IMG/VR virus record: IMGVR_UViG_3300013233_000093
Coordinates: 62,001-126,000 of that record
Reading direction: 5' to 3' (one strand)
DNA: 64,000 nt
Shown: in pieces, positions 37,778 through 48,622 of the stretch
Layout: each line of letters starts with the position of its first letter
Numbering within the stretch: position 1 is the stretch's first letter
Position numbers and translations under genes: made by a program
Notes under the pieces: generated by a model
What the model was told of the DNA's origin: nothing
Databases searched by the model: none
Seen by the model: the letters and a program-made list of their open reading frames with translations, nothing else

Positions 37778-38392
37778 TTAGCCTTCGATGCCAAAGGACT
37801 TGCGCAGGCGATCGGCGATGATGTCGCGATGTTGAGCCATCAACATATCGGGTACCACAGACCATTCGATTGTGCGGGCACGCTTACCGCGAGTTTCAGG
37901 GACAGAACAATCGAGTGCGATGTTGAGGATGTATTCCATCTCACGACGTGCGACTGCTTTAGGCCACATAGCAGGATCGTCGGCCAAACGGAACAAACCT
38001 TCGATGCGCAACGCACCGGTCTTGTCATCGTTCATGCTGTCCATGAGGTGTTTGTAAGATGCCAATGCCTTGCCTTCGTCTTCCTGGATCAACGCAGACT
38101 TGATCACGTTATGCAAATGCTGCATGGCAGTGATGAGGTTGGCTTTGCTCATGGGTTTGTTCAGAGCAGTCTTCTCGCAGAAGTCAGCGACCGTGGCTTT
38201 AAAGGCAGCGATAGGATCGCGTGACACTTCTTTGGCAGGTGTGGCAACCACTGCAGGTGCAGCCTCAACTACGGGCGCGGGCGCCGCTGCTGCTGGTTTG
38301 GCAGGCTGTGTATCGGCAACCGCCGCAGGTGCAGTTTGTTTGACGGCGTTGTTTGATCCGCCTTGGGCATTGAACTTTTTGTTTTTGGACAT
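37778..38392 (-). CDS. Hypothetical protein with Ala/Pro-rich N-terminus
   Basis: AAGG SD before ATG 38392 (MSKNKK); codon usage resembles highly expressed genes. Confidence 0.7.
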   Translation of the reverse strand: MSKNKKFNAQGGSNNAVKQTAPAAVADTQPAKPAAAAPAPVVEAAPAVVATPAKEVSRDPIAAFKATVADFCEKTALNKPMSKANLITAMQHLHNVIKSALIQEDEGKALASYKHLMDSMNDDKTGALRIEGLFRLADDPAMWPKAVARREMEYILNIALDCSVPETRGKRARTIEWSVVPDMLMAQHRDIIADRLRKSFGIEG

Positions 38393-38460
38393 GTGAAGTA
38401 CCTTACATAAGTTTGGTTGGTTTAGGTGTGGTGCCGCAAAGCACCACTTCATATAATCAG

Positions 38461-40113
38461 TTATCGTTGTGCACGATACGCTGACAGTAAATCACCCATG
38501 GTGGGTAACTGGTAAAGCTGTGTGCCAAGTAATATGGCATTGTTACGAGTGGCGGTCATATCGATGCCGACTTGTCGTTGCGTCATTTGATCCATCCCTT
38601 GGATGCCGCACACCTCTCGCATCTTAGTGGCCACCGATGCATTAGATATAACGCCCACGGTAGGATACCCACTTTTGATATCCACGTCGTAACAGTTCTT
38701 AAAGATGCGCGTTCCTACTCCTTCGATATCAAGATAGATATCAGCACCCTTTCGATTGATAAGCTTACTGGACACCGTGGCGATCCATTTCTTCATGGAC
38801 GGTGTAAGACGATCCAGCTTCTCGTCGGTCATATTAGGAGCCGTGGTGCAGATCACAAACCCGTCTTTAAGTCTTGCAAAGTGTAGCTCGTCTGCCAGTA
38901 TGCTTGGTCCAGAGAACAGCTTCTGTATATCTGAGATCCCAGATGTCGTTAACAGAGAGTAAGAAAGATCGCCGGTAGCCTCGTTAATCAACTCCATGCC
39001 AAAGCAATCGAAGACGTTGTAAATGCCATACTCGATCTTATAATCCTTCTGCATGGATTTATGCCATTCGATGTCAGGCAGGGAATCGTCTGCTCCGATC
39101 TTCAACTTACCCCGACCTGTTTCTATTTGACAGATGGTGTCAAACTTAAAGTTAGGTGCGTTAGACTCGGACACACGATGGTGCTTATAGAAACTCATCA
39201 TGTCCACAAACTGAAAGGAAGCCATCGTGTAGATTTTGTGCCACAAGTCAGCAAAATGCTTAGAGGTCACTTTACCGCCCGCAGTCTCTTTACGCTGAGG
39301 ATCTTCAATCCATTTGAAGTACTTGTATTTCTTAGGCACAGATGGGTCGGAGAACACCACCGCAGGATCTACACCACACCGATCCATCTCTTCCATCATT
39401 TTGGGCACATCGAATCCAGTCCCCCAAATGCCAACGAGGTCTGGTTTCAGTTTGTGCAGTGAACCAATTAGCGTGCGGATGACGCCCATGGAGTTATCGC
39501 ACACCTTTACATATAACTTACAGCCACGTTCTTTAATGTCCTTTTTAAACTCACGTTTGTAAAGAGCGTACAGTTTTTCGACATCGTCCGGATCATCCCC
39601 AAACCATTTCTTATTCAGGGCAAGTATGTGTTTGTCTTTATACGTCACTGCACCAGAGATGATCTCGCCGTCAGAACTGTACACGTTTGTCTCGAAATCG
39701 AGATAGGCCGCATTAGCCGCTGGCTTGTATGTGGGAAACTTAGTACGATATGCTTCGCGGATAGCCACGGTGGGTGTTAAGTCCAGTCCGTATATATAAG
39801 GACTTTTCTTTAGTTCTCCTAACCATGTCTTGCCATGGCGTCCAAGTGCCTTGCCGACCTTCATAGGCTTCATGGCTTGTGTGCTAGAGAACTTACGCAG
39901 ATGTTCCAGACCCTCGAACTCTTTTTTCTGTTTATGGGTCTTCTGCATAGCGACGTTGCTTACATAATAGTCCAAGGCAAAGTTTTCGATTAAGCGAAGG
40001 TTTGTACGCTCTACACCGTCGGCGTCCATGACGCGCTCGTTAACCAATACAGCGTCGTCATTACTCCCGTCATTTGCCTTTGCGTAACTGGCAATCATGC
40101 ATGCTTTCTTCAT
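38461..40113 (-). CDS. Split family-B DNA polymerase, 3'-5' exonuclease plus motif A subunit (phiKZ gp82-like)
   Basis: ExoI YLDFET, ExoII WGTGFDVP, ExoIII YNVFDC and polymerase motif A DVDIKSGYP. Confidence 0.88.
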   Translation of the reverse strand: MKKACMIASYAKANDGSNDDAVLVNERVMDADGVERTNLRLIENFALDYYVSNVAMQKTHKQKKEFEGLEHLRKFSSTQAMKPMKVGKALGRHGKTWLGELKKSPYIYGLDLTPTVAIREAYRTKFPTYKPAANAAYLDFETNVYSSDGEIISGAVTYKDKHILALNKKWFGDDPDDVEKLYALYKREFKKDIKERGCKLYVKVCDNSMGVIRTLIGSLHKLKPDLVGIWGTGFDVPKMMEEMDRCGVDPAVVFSDPSVPKKYKYFKWIEDPQRKETAGGKVTSKHFADLWHKIYTMASFQFVDMMSFYKHHRVSESNAPNFKFDTICQIETGRGKLKIGADDSLPDIEWHKSMQKDYKIEYGIYNVFDCFGMELINEATGDLSYSLLTTSGISDIQKLFSGPSILADELHFARLKDGFVICTTAPNMTDEKLDRLTPSMKKWIATVSSKLINRKGADIYLDIEGVGTRIFKNCYDVDIKSGYPTVGVISNASVATKMREVCGIQGMDQMTQRQVGIDMTATRNNAILLGTQLYQLPTMGDLLSAYRAQR

Positions 40114-40224
40114 TGATTTCTTCCATTCTGTTAATGCTCACACCATACCCGCGACATTAAGAATCTAGTGACCTTGAATTCTATGAGCTCATAGATAAAT
40201 AAACTGTATGATAAAGGGGTAGGA

Positions 40225-41496
40225 ATGAACACCGTAGTCGCAGGTATGGAGAGGCTGAAGTACCAAAGTGGGTCTAAGCTGGCAGAAGAATTAGACGATT
40301 GTTTTGGGGCAATGCGCAGACAGAAACGCGTGGAACTTGATCACTTAAAAGATACTAAGATCGAAGACGTAATCAAGAAACACACTGGAATGAAAATCCG
40401 CTTTAGCGTGTCCAGTGAAGACGAGATTTACAGCTACCCCCCGTTCTTGGATAGGAACCACCCACTCTTACATCACTGGGGTAGAAACATCAGTACCAAC
40501 AGCGAGGCAGAAGAGGCACTGGGGACTAATCCAGTCATCGTAGGCAAGGTCGATTTCGAAAAGGGACGGGTCTCTGGTGTCTATAGCGAAATAGAATATC
40601 GCATTTTCTTACCAGGTGATTTTCTGTCACAGGGATCTCCACTGACCGCTGCACAAGTAACCGCGATTGTGCTACATGAACTGGGGCACGGCTTCCATGC
40701 GTTTGCATTGATGGGGTATACACTCACCACCAGCTTTGTTATTCAGCAAGCGGTGGCCGGACTGCTAAACGAGAAATCCACAGACCGTAAGTACGAAATC
40801 ATGATGGGAATGGAGAAACAGCCTGGGTTTAGAATCTCGGATAAAGACGCGTTGATGACATGTAAGACCAAGGAAGAAATCATCGCGGTGGTCATTACAG
40901 ACAGTGTCTTGGAAAATAAGAGTGAGTTTGGCGCCCCTGTGACTGATAGCCGCAGTCTGGAAATCATGGCCGATAAATACGTGTCGGTGCATGGCCGTGG
41001 TCGTGATCTAGCCACGGCCATCGATACGCTTGTAAACCGTGGCTTTAATTACGATAACGTATATAAGCCTATTCACTGGGTAATCAACCTTTATATCGCA
41101 CAGCGAGGCATTCTACTTACAACCCTAGTGATTTTATTCGTGGACGTAGCCTTCGTCATGTACTTTCTTCTGATAGCGCTGGTGCTTCGGGGACGGTGGA
41201 CGTCGGTCGGTGATTCAACCAAAGAACGATACGGAAACATCAAGAACGACATTGTCTTTTCACTGCGTAACGAAAAGGATAAAGACAGACGCGCTATGCT
41301 ATTAGCGGATTTGGACGCCGTGGACGAGCTGGAAAAGAAGACAAACGATAACCGCTTTTGGATAGGCGTTATGATGGATAATATTTTCCCGGCACTGCGT
41401 GGACGGACTAAGAGCAAGGACGTTCAGCGATCCGTCGAACGACTGATGCAAAACTCACTCTTTGAATCCAAAGAACGATTAGACCAACTGGTATAG
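40225..41496 (+). CDS. Virion/head protein with HExxH zinc-metallopeptidase motif and hydrophobic segment
   Basis: VLHELGH…EIMADKY (gluzincin-like); hydrophobic stretch GILLTTLVILFVDVAFVMYFLLIALVL; N-terminal AGME. Confidence 0.65.
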   Translation: MNTVVAGMERLKYQSGSKLAEELDDCFGAMRRQKRVELDHLKDTKIEDVIKKHTGMKIRFSVSSEDEIYSYPPFLDRNHPLLHHWGRNISTNSEAEEALGTNPVIVGKVDFEKGRVSGVYSEIEYRIFLPGDFLSQGSPLTAAQVTAIVLHELGHGFHAFALMGYTLTTSFVIQQAVAGLLNEKSTDRKYEIMMGMEKQPGFRISDKDALMTCKTKEEIIAVVITDSVLENKSEFGAPVTDSRSLEIMADKYVSVHGRGRDLATAIDTLVNRGFNYDNVYKPIHWVINLYIAQRGILLTTLVILFVDVAFVMYFLLIALVLRGRWTSVGDSTKERYGNIKNDIVFSLRNEKDKDRRAMLLADLDAVDELEKKTNDNRFWIGVMMDNIFPALRGRTKSKDVQRSVERLMQNSLFESKERLDQLV

Positions 41497-41505
41497 GAGA
41501 TACCC

Positions 41506-42318
41506 ATGCACAAGAGATTAGAAGAAATTGTTTTTGAGTACATCGACTCCGAAATGTCGTTTGGTTTAGAGCAAGAACAAGTCAGTAGAGATTTCCTAAT
41601 GGCATTGCTGGTGGCAAATCGCCTTACGGGCAGAAAGCCGCTGGTTATCCACAGCATGCTTAAACGTCAATGGTCGGACGTATTGTCACACCAAGCAGAA
41701 GAGATTTGTGACCTACTTTACGCCCGTCCTATCCGCTTTAATAAAGCACGCGTAATGACGTTCGTACACAGACACGTTATGTTAAAGGGTTTGGACGTAC
41801 GATGTTCTTACGGAGACGAGGGTTTAATCAGTAAGATGGTGCGTAATTTACATTGCGATGAAGGGGTTGACTTAATCGCAGATCACCCGGATGTTATTCC
41901 TGAGTTAGACAAGCAGTGCACAAAGCTCGAACAGTCGGATACAAGTGAGTTTAACGCAGCCATTGAACTCGCCGGAACCGATCCGCGCCAGTTGCACCTG
42001 TTTTACGGGTCATACCACCAAGCGGTTATAAACTCACCTGTTATGGCGGATCGCACAAAGGTGGCGCATCATGTATTTAACACCATCAATACAGAACTGC
42101 GCGCAGTGTGTAAAGAGAACGCCCGTATTTGCATGTTCATGTACGTGGACCACAATCAATTAGACATCGACTTAAGCGAGCATTCGATGTCCGAGTATGT
42201 ACACGGCATTACAGTAACCAGCCCATCTGTCGCACTAAGCGTCTTAGGGCACTGGACTGCCATGAGTAACCGTATTAAAGCTTTGGGAGATGAGAAATAT
42301 GCAATTACCGGACATTGA
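41506..42318 (+). CDS. Hypothetical protein, probably virion structural
   Basis: AGGAG SD; lies within the head-gene cluster. Confidence 0.6.
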   Translation: MHKRLEEIVFEYIDSEMSFGLEQEQVSRDFLMALLVANRLTGRKPLVIHSMLKRQWSDVLSHQAEEICDLLYARPIRFNKARVMTFVHRHVMLKGLDVRCSYGDEGLISKMVRNLHCDEGVDLIADHPDVIPELDKQCTKLEQSDTSEFNAAIELAGTDPRQLHLFYGSYHQAVINSPVMADRTKVAHHVFNTINTELRAVCKENARICMFMYVDHNQLDIDLSEHSMSEYVHGITVTSPSVALSVLGHWTAMSNRIKALGDEKYAITGH

Positions 42319-43555
42319 TCTAGACCAAGTAGAAGATCTTGAGATGGGCGATATCGACCTGCCTGAGATGGACGGGTTAAACGTAGCCCGGGTATTACTT
42401 GAGTCGATGACTTCCGTATCAGCCAATGGCATATCCAGAGACGTCGTCACGGGCATGCAATCGCTCGTACCGGGGCTGTTATCGGATTACCCCATCATGG
42501 GGTTTACAGAACAGCCAAGTACCATTAACCTTGTCCCAGGCATGCAGGCATTTCTAGCCAACGTAGCAGGACTTATATGGAAAGCCATTAAGGCCATTTG
42601 GAATATTCAACTGGCCGTCTTAAAGTGGATATGGAAGACAATCACTGCTGGTTTTTCTGGCAAGTCGCGTGACGCGGCTAGGCGTGTTAAAGCGGCTGTG
42701 GAAGACGTTAAGTCCGGCAAGAAGGTGTTTGACATTGAGGAGTACTATTCCAAGGGTACGCGCCTAAGTGAGTTCATCGAGGATGAGCACAAGTCACTGA
42801 TTGACCTAAATGACGCTTACCGTACATGGGGTATTTACGCAGCAATGAACGTCGCACTGGGCGAGGAACTCAAGTCCACGGACAGAGAGATCAAATCGCT
42901 TAGTGAAAAGACCGTGGCTAAGTCGGTCAATGCGTTCGTAGACAGATTCAAGGACGCCGCAGGCAAGGTAGTAAAAGAACATTCCATGTCTAAGGAGCTT
43001 GATCACTTTTACCCAGAGCTGGATAATGCGTATGATAGATACGAACTCATCGCTAAGAAAGAGTTTGTCGGTACCAGTTCTTCTAGCGACAACCCAGGTC
43101 CTGAGAACGGCGACGTTTTTTCCAGCAACAGTGCAACGTGGCGCGCTACACGCATCATTAAAACACGCAGGGAGGTTGCGTTAGGACTGCACAAATCCAA
43201 ACGTCGTTCCACAACAGGGGCACGCCCTAATAAAGATGCGATCATAGAAATCTTAGAATCGGATTTCTTTACTAAAGCGGTCGATCGTTCGATTACGAAA
43301 ACCATCGGTGCTAGCGTTCAAGCCACCGGCGCGTTTTTAAAGATGAACCCGTCGACTCCATCCACGGCGTCGTACAATGATAATGGAACTGCTGCAGCAG
43401 TTAAAGAGTTAACCGATGCGATGAATTCTGTTACAAAAGCGTATAACGTCATGTCCGGTAACTCTAAAGCGTTGTTCGACACCGCAAGGTTACTGAATAA
43501 CGCCAGAACAAAGATGAATATTGCATTCCATACGGCGTGCAAAGCACCCGCTTAA
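42290..43555 (+). CDS. Inner-head protein (paralogue superfamily)
   Basis: Acidic propeptide, GISR, FTEQPS…VPGMQA, then amphipathic LIWKAIKAIW…LKWIWK helix. Confidence 0.7.
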   Translation: MRNMQLPDIDLDQVEDLEMGDIDLPEMDGLNVARVLLESMTSVSANGISRDVVTGMQSLVPGLLSDYPIMGFTEQPSTINLVPGMQAFLANVAGLIWKAIKAIWNIQLAVLKWIWKTITAGFSGKSRDAARRVKAAVEDVKSGKKVFDIEEYYSKGTRLSEFIEDEHKSLIDLNDAYRTWGIYAAMNVALGEELKSTDREIKSLSEKTVAKSVNAFVDRFKDAAGKVVKEHSMSKELDHFYPELDNAYDRYELIAKKEFVGTSSSSDNPGPENGDVFSSNSATWRATRIIKTRREVALGLHKSKRRSTTGARPNKDAIIEILESDFFTKAVDRSITKTIGASVQATGAFLKMNPSTPSTASYNDNGTAAAVKELTDAMNSVTKAYNVMSGNSKALFDTARLLNNARTKMNIAFHTACKAPA

Positions 43556-43557
43556 CA

Positions 43558-43595
43558 GCATAAGTAGAGCAGGGCAAATGCCCTGCTCTATGCCG
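43558..43595. terminator. GCATA-hairpin-TATGCCG element between convergent genes
   Basis: tagagcagggca-aa-tgccctgctcta. Confidence 0.75.
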
Positions 43596-46448
43596 TCACA
43601 TCTGTTCTGTATAAAAGGATATTTCCACATCGTCGGCTAACGACAACTTACCGTTACTCATTACCACCATTAAGGTTTTAATGGAGTAGGTGGCACCTTG
43701 TTGCCGTAGGGCAGCGTTTGCCCACCCGGCAATCGGGTTATCCACTGTAACATCTAACGCATGCTCGCCTCCTAAGGCCATCAACTTACGTGTAAGGACG
43801 CCCATAGCAATGGTGTCTGTGTTCACCGCTTCTTGTAACGCAGCCTTAGCGGCACGCACAATTCCGTCACGGATCTCACTGGAACCGTAACCGACGTCGT
43901 CCAGCATGTAGTTAAGTCTAAACGACAGTGCAGTATCCACTTCCACAATCGCATTACCGTCCACCTTGGCCATCGTTTTACCGATGGTGTAAATGGGTTG
44001 TAACAGCAACTGTGTGCGTTCCATAAGACCGGTTTTAAGTTCAGCGATGTCGTTAAGGTAGCCTTGTATGTAAACAGGTACCTCATCGCGATACTCGATA
44101 AACGGAGTGTCTGTAACGTACTTATATCGAGCATCTAACATAAGAGGACTGATCTCCCATATCACACGCTCGTGCTCTTCAAGCATAGGCACACCGTTTG
44201 CATCCATCACGACATCACCAGCACGATGCAGATATACCGGATTGTCATTCTCGTCGTAGACGCGTTCGCCTGTGTTATGGAGTACATCAAACACAGGACG
44301 GTTTGTATCCGCATCGATAGACCAGACCAGATTACCGTTACTATCGCGGCGATAGATGGTTTTATCGTAACGACGCTGTACGTCTTCGTGGTACGTCAAT
44401 GGCACAGCAGGAACCACCACAGCTTTAGAACGAGCAGCAAGATCGGTCAGTCGTTCGCCCAATACAAGCTCCAGTCGTTCATGTGCTACGCCAATCGGGT
44501 TACTGAGTTCACGGGTATCCAACAACCCATCGAATGTAGATTCTAAACCAGCCGTGACCGCACCGTCGTTTAATACGTAGTACAAGTCAAAGGTGGAGAT
44601 AATCGGAATACGGCAGGTCTCGACTTTATTGGTTACGCCAAACATGTTAACGACTTCCACACGGTCTTCGTTAGACACATCCAAAGAACTTTGCAGCTCA
44701 AACACTAAGTCAAATACACCACCGTCCCTATTGACTTCTGTAGCCAATGTGTGGTACACATGCCCGTAAAGATCCGTAAAACTAAGTTGGCCTGTAAAGC
44801 CTTCTATGTCGTCAGGGCCTTCCGCCCGTACAGCAATACGATAGACATCGTCTGTAAACGATACACTCACTTCAAACGTAGACACGCGAAAGTCTACCGC
44901 TTTGTTTGTATATTCCCAAGTACGACTTCTGTTTTCACAGGCGTTAAAGTTATACACACGGGTTACAAAGAGCCCCTCTGCGGTGTCCATGACGTAGTGA
45001 TATGGCGTGTACAGATAGTTACCTGCATTAAACTTATCTGCCTTCGCCAGTGCAGGAAGATCGTTTAGCGCCAATACCTCATGGCGAGATAACAGACGTA
45101 CTGTACCAGACTCTTCCACAAACATGGCCTTATCTGTCAGCGTGCCGCCTGTACTGGTAATCCGCAATACCGCAGGATCCAGTAACTTATCTCTAGAGTC
45201 TACGTTAACATAACCACTCCGTACTCCAATAGGAGAAGTAACGCGATCGTCCGTAGGAGCAGGTAGCTCTCGGGTACAGAGAAACATGCGATCCGTGATG
45301 GTGTCTTTGGCTTTCAGTAGCTTATAGCCATAGTCCTGTACTTTAAACCTAAGTTCTTCGTACGTGATTCTGGCACGCTCATCGTTAGCCCTATAGATCA
45401 CCCGGTCACGTAACTCGTCTACGGTAAGCGACGGACGCCCACCTGACACAGGAGTGTCTGAAAACAGCATCAGGTCGGTGGCCTGTGCTAAAGGCAGTAC
45501 GTACTTATTGGACGGGTTGTTTAAGTCTCTCCACGTCGCAACGAAGTCATCTGGTTTATAATCCCCAAAGTTAAAGTCTAGTTCACCGCGGGTGGTATAG
45601 AGATCCACACGGATCTCGTCTCCTATGGTATTCGCTGTGATGTAGATGCTGGGCAGTGTAAATTTAACGTGCGTCTCTAGCACTTTAGCCGTGACGGTGG
45701 GGCGACTCGCGTCATACGTCTGCTCACTGTGCGTTACACGGATCTCGCTCCACGCACCGCCTGCTCTCCGATGATACATCCTTGTATGGTAATACTCGCC
45801 GTCTAATGGCCGCGTCACGTTAAAGCCGGTACTGGGAGACACCGGTTCTGTAAACGAAGTAAGCAGTGTTTGTTGTATGGGAATCACCACTACCAATTGG
45901 ACGCCGTCTCCGTTGTTTACAGTCCAGTTGTCCAACATGTTTGTATTGGTGTTCATTAACGGGGTTTCGTAAGACATGTCGTACACGACCTGCACCGATC
46001 CGTTATTAGACACAAGAAAGTCGATAGGTCTGTGAGTAGCCCAGGTTACACCACCGACTGCAAATGTAGTATGTGACGGAATCGTAAGTTTACGCACACC
46101 CGTGTTTTCGTCTATCGCCAGATCTTGCACGGTCTTAATCGGAATCACCATGGTGATCTGACTTACAGACGGGGATGCAAAACGATCTAAGTAATCTGCG
46201 TCTGACATGTGGTGATAGAGATCACCGTAATCTCTGGCTAGAATCGGATGGGCTTTCCTGGCTTCGGTTTCAGACAGTAGCGCGCTTGCGGTAAACATCA
46301 CCGCATTGCTTTCGAGTAAGAACATAAACGCATTGCCTGGATCAGGAATGTCGACGTTACCCAACATGTTTAATGCCTGGTCTAGCGCAAGCGTTGGGTT
46401 AGCGTAGTAGAGCGACATATCCGCTACAGCTTTACTTCTTTGGTACAT
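43596..46448 (-). CDS. Baseplate wedge protein (T4 gp6/baseplate-J-like; phiKZ gp87-like)
   Basis: 950 aa; DLYHHMSD…F, YTTRG and SGGRPSLTVDELRDRV…IT motifs. Confidence 0.7.
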   Translation of the reverse strand: MYQRSKAVADMSLYYANPTLALDQALNMLGNVDIPDPGNAFMFLLESNAVMFTASALLSETEARKAHPILARDYGDLYHHMSDADYLDRFASPSVSQITMVIPIKTVQDLAIDENTGVRKLTIPSHTTFAVGGVTWATHRPIDFLVSNNGSVQVVYDMSYETPLMNTNTNMLDNWTVNNGDGVQLVVVIPIQQTLLTSFTEPVSPSTGFNVTRPLDGEYYHTRMYHRRAGGAWSEIRVTHSEQTYDASRPTVTAKVLETHVKFTLPSIYITANTIGDEIRVDLYTTRGELDFNFGDYKPDDFVATWRDLNNPSNKYVLPLAQATDLMLFSDTPVSGGRPSLTVDELRDRVIYRANDERARITYEELRFKVQDYGYKLLKAKDTITDRMFLCTRELPAPTDDRVTSPIGVRSGYVNVDSRDKLLDPAVLRITSTGGTLTDKAMFVEESGTVRLLSRHEVLALNDLPALAKADKFNAGNYLYTPYHYVMDTAEGLFVTRVYNFNACENRSRTWEYTNKAVDFRVSTFEVSVSFTDDVYRIAVRAEGPDDIEGFTGQLSFTDLYGHVYHTLATEVNRDGGVFDLVFELQSSLDVSNEDRVEVVNMFGVTNKVETCRIPIISTFDLYYVLNDGAVTAGLESTFDGLLDTRELSNPIGVAHERLELVLGERLTDLAARSKAVVVPAVPLTYHEDVQRRYDKTIYRRDSNGNLVWSIDADTNRPVFDVLHNTGERVYDENDNPVYLHRAGDVVMDANGVPMLEEHERVIWEISPLMLDARYKYVTDTPFIEYRDEVPVYIQGYLNDIAELKTGLMERTQLLLQPIYTIGKTMAKVDGNAIVEVDTALSFRLNYMLDDVGYGSSEIRDGIVRAAKAALQEAVNTDTIAMGVLTRKLMALGGEHALDVTVDNPIAGWANAALRQQGATYSIKTLMVVMSNGKLSLADDVEISFYTEQM

Positions 46449-47514
46449 TATGTCTTCCTTCCTCAGGTGGCGGGGTGATGTTCAGCTTACCGTACATCTT
46501 GTAATAATCAGACAGTTCTACATACCACTCCAACTCATGCGTAGGTGAGATGTGCGGGTAGCCTTTATAGTTAAACATACGGACTTCTTCACGCAGCAGT
46601 TTGATCATGTGCCTCGGGCGTTGTCGGTCACGCATCGCAGGATTAAAGATGTTCATTACTTGATTGAAGTTAATGATGTCACGCGGATCGTTTACACGCG
46701 TACCATAACACTTCCACCGCACGTTGATGTTTTCAGTACCTTCCGTTTGTGCTTGCTCTGCGCTGTAGTTAAAAGCACTCCCGTCGTTTATGCCGTTAGG
46801 CCATGCAATGGTGGTGATCAACTTACGCACATAAGTCTTAGTGCGATCCAGGATAATCCGATAGACCTTTGTATTGTAATCAATGCGGTTCTGTATAATG
46901 TACTTTGGGTAAGGTGCTATCGTGCCGTATTTTACCAGCGTGGGATAGATGATCCATGCAGTAATAAGACTGGTGACGGGGTCACCGTCGATGTTCTGGA
47001 ATGTGGTGTTTAAGTCCCATTCGCCATAATGCATGTCGTAACCATCCGACCAGCCGATGACTTCACGACGTAATCCTTCCTTAGTGCTAAACGCATCCGT
47101 GCTTGTGTCATTCCACCCGGTGTTGGACAGCATTGTATTTGTCAATATAGGAATAAATGGCATACGGTCATCTACGATCGGAGAGCGTGGCAACTGCGTT
47201 CCACCGTCCAATAAAAACAACTCTCGATCTCGTTGTTCTATGTTAGGAGATAACAGACATCGAATGGAATTCGCCATGTCTTCACGATTGCCATACCCCA
47301 TAAAGGAGAGGCGTCTGCTGGCCAGAACATTATCGTATGTCAGATTAAGGTTAGGCCGGGTGAAAAAGGTAAGTCCTTGTTGGTCGTAATGCCCGGGTGT
47401 TAAATTGCCCACACCTCTATGGTTTATGCCGTTCATGACGTTAAAGACGCCAGATCGACCCGTCCCCATGCCGCTTTGGACATGGAGCTTGTCTACTATG
47501 TCTGCCATACTCAT
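46432..47514 (-). CDS. Virion structural protein (phiKZ gp88-like; baseplate/tube-initiator type)
   Basis: GINHR, GLTFFTRPNLNL, FIPILTN, IDYNTKVYRIILD and YPHI…ELEW motifs. Confidence 0.7.
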   Translation of the reverse strand: MSMADIVDKLHVQSGMGTGRSGVFNVMNGINHRGVGNLTPGHYDQQGLTFFTRPNLNLTYDNVLASRRLSFMGYGNREDMANSIRCLLSPNIEQRDRELFLLDGGTQLPRSPIVDDRMPFIPILTNTMLSNTGWNDTSTDAFSTKEGLRREVIGWSDGYDMHYGEWDLNTTFQNIDGDPVTSLITAWIIYPTLVKYGTIAPYPKYIIQNRIDYNTKVYRIILDRTKTYVRKLITTIAWPNGINDGSAFNYSAEQAQTEGTENINVRWKCYGTRVNDPRDIINFNQVMNIFNPAMRDRQRPRHMIKLLREEVRMFNYKGYPHISPTHELEWYVELSDYYKMYGKLNITPPPEEGRHNVPKK

Positions 47515-47541
47515 TTTAGTAATCTCTTAAAGGTTTTTATA

Positions 47542-48615
47542 ATGTCCGAGAAAAAGGAACCAAGTCTGCTTAATCATATAAACGTCGTGCTAAGCAAGAT
47601 CGACGAGCTAGGCACGGACTCGTTATCCGAGGCCAGCAGCAGCACAAGACTTACACCAATGGTGCTTGTCGATCAGGCACTGACTCTGTCCGATGATAAG
47701 GTATTGACCAATGCATTGCAAACGTGCACAGGTATTTACACTGCACATTATCTACAGGCAGTGCAAGTCGCCAACGTAAAAGAGGTGCAGACACTGCACC
47801 TACTGGATCAGTTTGCCACCAACAGAGGCACTGCAAAGAGCGGTGTACTCATGGACGGCGCGTTTGACAAAATGTTATTGCCCATCGGCATGCAGTCTTA
47901 CGATAAGTCGGATAAGTTGCTGTCTTACGATAACGTCTATCCGGGTATGCAGGCCAAGGAAAGTCCCCTAGACGATCACGTCAACTTAGCGGTGGGTCGG
48001 GTAATCAACATTAAGTTGGGCGCCGGTGATACTAAGGTTGATATCCAATGCACCGTACAGATCAACCCAAGGGTCATTCCCTCATCGGTTCTGCCTAGCG
48101 TATTAGCCAATACCGTAAAAGATAAATCGTACATCGGTCGTTGGCATCAATGGCGCGCAGGTGAAATCGAATCGTTTATGGATTATGCGCTTGGCTTAGA
48201 CATCATCGAGCAAGAACGCACGGCAATGATGAATGATCCGTCAGGGTTATATATCGAATTGCGTAATCGCAAGAAAGAAGGTTGGTATCGCACACTGTTG
48301 TCTGGGCGTAAGTCTATGAACACAGCTTCTACCATGGCCGTCATTGCCAAGTCCACACAGGAAGAACTCGAACTTGCTCTCGGCGGTAAGCTCAAGAACG
48401 AGTCTATCATCCGCACGTACTTCGTAGAAACACATTCCATGCTGTTGATGGTGTTGGACATGCGTAAAGAACGGGTGTACTTGTGGCAACGAGGCATAGC
48501 GGGATCAGCCCGGTATACGTTTAGAGACCTCGAAAAGGTCTCTAAGAACTCAAACGGTATGGACATTGAGTCCGTAATGAAAGCGTACGCCCTCGGCGAC
48601 AGCGCACGATTCTAG
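47542..48615 (+). CDS. Head/inner-body protein (phiKZ gp89-like)
   Basis: SLSE…RLTP…VD, HYLQAV, NLAVGR and RWHQWRAGEI motifs; two GMQ sites. Confidence 0.72.
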   Translation: MSEKKEPSLLNHINVVLSKIDELGTDSLSEASSSTRLTPMVLVDQALTLSDDKVLTNALQTCTGIYTAHYLQAVQVANVKEVQTLHLLDQFATNRGTAKSGVLMDGAFDKMLLPIGMQSYDKSDKLLSYDNVYPGMQAKESPLDDHVNLAVGRVINIKLGAGDTKVDIQCTVQINPRVIPSSVLPSVLANTVKDKSYIGRWHQWRAGEIESFMDYALGLDIIEQERTAMMNDPSGLYIELRNRKKEGWYRTLLSGRKSMNTASTMAVIAKSTQEELELALGGKLKNESIIRTYFVETHSMLLMVLDMRKERVYLWQRGIAGSARYTFRDLEKVSKNSNGMDIESVMKAYALGDSARF

Positions 48616-48622
48616 GAGCAGT

